From: Diadema antillarum
Taxonomy: Eukaryota
Direction of reading: 5' to 3'
NCBI RefSeq assembly: GCF_040938485.1
Contig: NW_027271115.1
Span: 1,426,001-1,490,000 of the forward strand
Length of the DNA stretch: 64,000 nt
In this document: piece by piece, positions 61,501 to 64,000 of the stretch
How the letters are laid out: each line of letters begins with the position of its first letter
Numbering within the stretch: position 1 is the first letter of the stretch
Notes under the pieces: generated by a model
What the model was told of the DNA's origin: nothing
What the model saw: the letters and a program-made list of their open reading frames with translations, nothing else
Databases searched by the model: none
Program-made: the position numbers and the translations under genes

Positions 61501-63164
61501 AAGAGGAGCACCTGTTGCGTCGAACGAGATAATCTGTGACGTAATTTCCATTCATCTCATCCTGTGAACTTATGGATAGTTTCCCTTGCCCATAGTTAAG
61601 TATAGGGCATAAGTATCATAATTATTGTTCGGTTCTTGTGAGATGATTAACTGTTTGAAAAGATGAGGCCGATTTTATAAAAATGACCTTTAATGGTAGC
61701 GAAAAATACTATCATCGATTTTCCATCATTGTTGTATATTTCTATATCCTAATTCCAACTGAAACTCAAAAAGTGAACATAATTGTGATAACATAGAAAC
61801 AGTCGGGGTTGGGCACACACATACCCAAGAAAGAGTACGTGGTATACAGTGAAGCCTTCTACAATAATATGTACTACTAAACCTTCTACTTCCATGCAAA
61901 CCTTCAAAGACTTTATCATCCCATCAGTACTCTATTTAGTTAGTTCTAAAAAACGCCAAAACGTTTTTCCTATCATTTCCATTTTGTAGACAACTTAAAG
62001 TAAAATTTCAACAGAAGGTTTATGCAAAAAAAAAAGATTCATTCACAAAAAGGACAATATTTCAGTGGAATGTGTATTAAAATGAAATCATATTTGATTA
62101 TCGAAATCATCATACTGGTTTTGATAAATAAACTTTGTGGACTAGCACGCGACGAGCGGATTATAGGATCAACTAAGATTACCTAGGATGTAAAATGATT
62201 GAAAACTTTCTCGAATGGTCCCAAAGTGGAAAGACCAAATTTCTCTTACCCCAAGTAGCAAGGAAGATCCGGACCAAGCCAACCTTCTCCGTGTTTTCAC
62301 CCTTGGGCGCCTTAACTGCAATGAGCGAGTATTCCCGCGGTTTTCCGTGGACGTAGCACGTATGCAGGAGTACGGCTGTGTGTACGACGAGCCAGATCGC
62401 GTAGACGGTAAACAGGTACTGCAGAACTGCCGCTACGGCCGAACAGACGCTCTGAAAAGTATAGTATCAAAAGTCATTAGTTATGTGTGAATATTTAATT
62501 TAAAAAAGGGAAGAAAGTTCATAATATTTACTTAAAACGGATTATAAGAAAGCGTGTACAATGCCCAGTTCAATATTTGGTCATGGGGCTCATTAAAAAA
62601 AAAAAGAAGTTCTAAGTTACATTCTGCGCATGAGCAGATTAAGGTCAAGGGAAGCTAACATGATGAGATACAAAATAATCGTAATACGCAATGTCATGGA
62701 CATTAACTGAACGGTTTCCTTGCCTTGCATTGTGACAGAACATTTTAAACTTTCTAAGGAAACTGGTTAACACAAAAAACAAGTTGGATTACATTAGTGG
62801 GTGATATGTAGCTTTACAACTGTTTTATTCGGATGGTTTAAAACTCGCGGTCATTCAGTATTTTCAACCATTGCTAACTTCGAACTTGATTATAGTTGAG
62901 ATAAGGCTCAGAAGGGTATAAAAACGTCAGCAGGACATGGGGTGGGCATGCATAAGTGCAATTACAGCACTGTATAATTGAGATGGGAAAAGTCATAATA
63001 GTAATAATGAACATCCTGTTTGCACTACGTCTTCAGATGATGATGGTGATAACCCACTCACCAAGTTACCGGTAAAGTTGAATCCAACAAGGGACGTGAT
63101 GTGGGCAGCCGCGATGGTGACGGCTATGTAAATCTGTATCTTTGCCAGCTGGGACTCCCAAGCG
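58445..63164 (-). CDS. Adhesion-class (family B2) GPCR, 3' partial gene from TM2 to stop, 8 exons; 5' part probably outside the window
   Basis: Join (minus) 63164-63062, 62451-62250, 61511-61445, 61055-60989, 60328-60213, 59750-59624, 58995-58954, 58552-58445 is GT-AG and phase-consistent to TGA. Motifs VCSAVAAVLQYLF (TM3), TWGAPLIVV (TM4), CWL (ECL2), VNLV (TM5), TTWTF (TM6), YQYLFQVFNMSQGTLMFVFFCMLNPEVR (TM7 and helix 8). Confidence 0.9.
58954..58995 (-). CDS. aGPCR exon: end of TM7 (42 nt)
   Basis: GTLMFVFFCMLNPE. ttttccgcAG acceptor, GTAAAT donor. Confidence 0.9.
59624..59750 (-). CDS. aGPCR exon: TM6, ECL3, start of TM7
   Basis: LYLPSSVILTFTLATTWTFHALYKMNPLMTYQYLFQVFNMSQ. ctatctAG acceptor, GTAAGC donor. 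Confidence 0.9.
60213..60328 (-). CDS. aGPCR exon: end of TM5 and ICL3
   Basis: VNLVLACVTGYYFQKTESQSKANDDEYTMWLDRLWSRL. ccctccAG acceptor, GTACGG donor. Confidence 0.86.
60447..60660 (-). mobile_element. Probable LINE 3' end remnant with (TTGAA)n tail, inside an aGPCR intron
   Basis: Minus strand: stem-loop GGCCCAC...ACAAGCTTGT...GTGGGTCC, then AATAAA and (TTGAA)n. Confidence 0.5.
60989..61055 (-). CDS. aGPCR exon: CWL motif and TM5 (67 nt)
   Basis: CWLLFTEVVYKTFLASVWFAAM, phase 2 to 0. ttttctcaAG acceptor, GTAAGA donor. Confidence 0.87.
61445..61511 (-). CDS. aGPCR exon: TM4 and ECL2 (67 nt)
   Basis: GAPLIVVVILFTKIPYAFGTPE, phase 1 to 2. caacAG acceptor, GTGGGT donor. Confidence 0.87.
62250..62451 (-). 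CDS. aGPCR exon: TM3, ICL2, start of TM4
   Basis: SVCSAVAAVLQYLFTVYAIWLVVHTAVLLHTCYVHGKPREYSLIAVKAPKGENTEKVGLVRIFLATW. cttttcAG acceptor, GTAAGA donor. Confidence 0.9.
63062..63164 (-). CDS. aGPCR exon: ICL1, TM2, ECL1
   Basis: AWESQLAKIQIYIAVTIAAAHITSLVGFNFTGNL. Acceptor ggattttAG is less certain; donor GTGAGT. Confidence 0.8.
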
Positions 63165-63285
63165 CTAAAATCCATCAGGGATTAAATGTCAGAGGTCAGT
63201 GACGTAACATGGAGACATGGACAACAGCTTATATGAAAGTATGTAAATGAAACTTGGGTTTATGCGACGAACACTGTACTGAGGG

Positions 63286-63358
63286 CTTTCTATATCTCAG
63301 TCGGTAGATCACCGGTCTAGCGATCCGGAGGTCTCGGGATCAAATCCCGATGGAGACC
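63286..63358 (+). pseudogene. tRNA-like sequence (Ala-AGC-like): tRNA pseudogene or isolated SINE head
   Basis: Cloverleaf spacing intact: anticodon arm CCGGT-CTAGCGA-TCCGG, T arm TCGGG-ATCAAAT-CCCGA. D stem (TCTC/GATC) and acceptor stem are degraded. Confidence 0.6.
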
Positions 63359-64000
63359 CATTTTCTTTGCTCAAAGTTGTCGCTAATAAAACACAGAGTA
63401 TGAATTCCTTTCCCATCTTTGAAATTCGAGTAAGCAAAATGCTTCAAAACTTTGTTGTGTTTGTATATATTATAGATCATATAGATGACGATTTAAGTTT
63501 CGGGTTTCTGTGCAGTTCCCACGCGCTATCGTGTAGGTACACTGTTGCCTGACACCATGCACATTAGTTTATCAAAAGTCTTATATAGTTAGGAGTCTGA
63601 AAACAGGACACGATATAATAATAACTGTTTTCTTGTTATATTTTTTATGTACGAGCCAATGAGGGGCTGACAGCATCTAATTTGCATATATCTATGAAAC
63701 TTTCTATGTTACTGTTTGTCTGACTTCACATGAAAGCCAACTAGAGGAAAGGTTGGAGATTCTCTCATTAGAGGGCTGATATGAGTGCGGTTTTTATTAC
63801 GACCTCCTTGTGGTTGGATATCTCAGCCATTTCAAAAACAGTTTTCATCAAATGAACTCTGAATTTCTCTTAGAATTGTATACTCTTTTCATACGAGGTT
63901 TCTCATTATCTCACAAAAGGGTTGGAAACCTGAAGCCCCATCTCAACCAAAATTATACAATCCCTTTATGTTTGTTGAGCTTATCGCCCTTCGCTGATAC

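Overview
AT-rich animal genomic DNA with five assembly gaps (4712-4962, 9524-9707, 16738-16932, 23054-23354, 42719-42898). A Deu-domain-like tRNA SINE and CR1/L2-group LINE remnants point to an invertebrate deuterostome, probably a sea urchin; this is inference. Two spliced genes can be rebuilt by hand with GT-AG junctions and consistent reading phase. (1) Plus strand: a follistatin-related protein 4/5-like gene with 11 coding exons from 36427 to 53356 (2460 nt, 819 aa: follistatin/Kazal, Ser/Thr linker, two EF-hands, two Ig domains, C-terminal beta-propeller-like region). It includes a 49-nt micro-exon absent from the ORF track; the signal-peptide exon was not found. (2) Minus strand: the 3' part (TM2 to stop, 8 exons, 63164 down to 58445) of a divergent adhesion-class GPCR, convergent with gene 1, with its 5' part probably beyond the window. 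The first 36 kb has no recognisable host protein coding and contains two SINE copies, a 5'-truncated LINE, several MITE/foldback elements and microsatellites. I found no CRISPR array and no convincing new biological system. The most interesting items are the atypical TM2/TM3 motifs of the GPCR, the FSTL micro-exon and Ser/Thr insertion, and the unlocated first exon.
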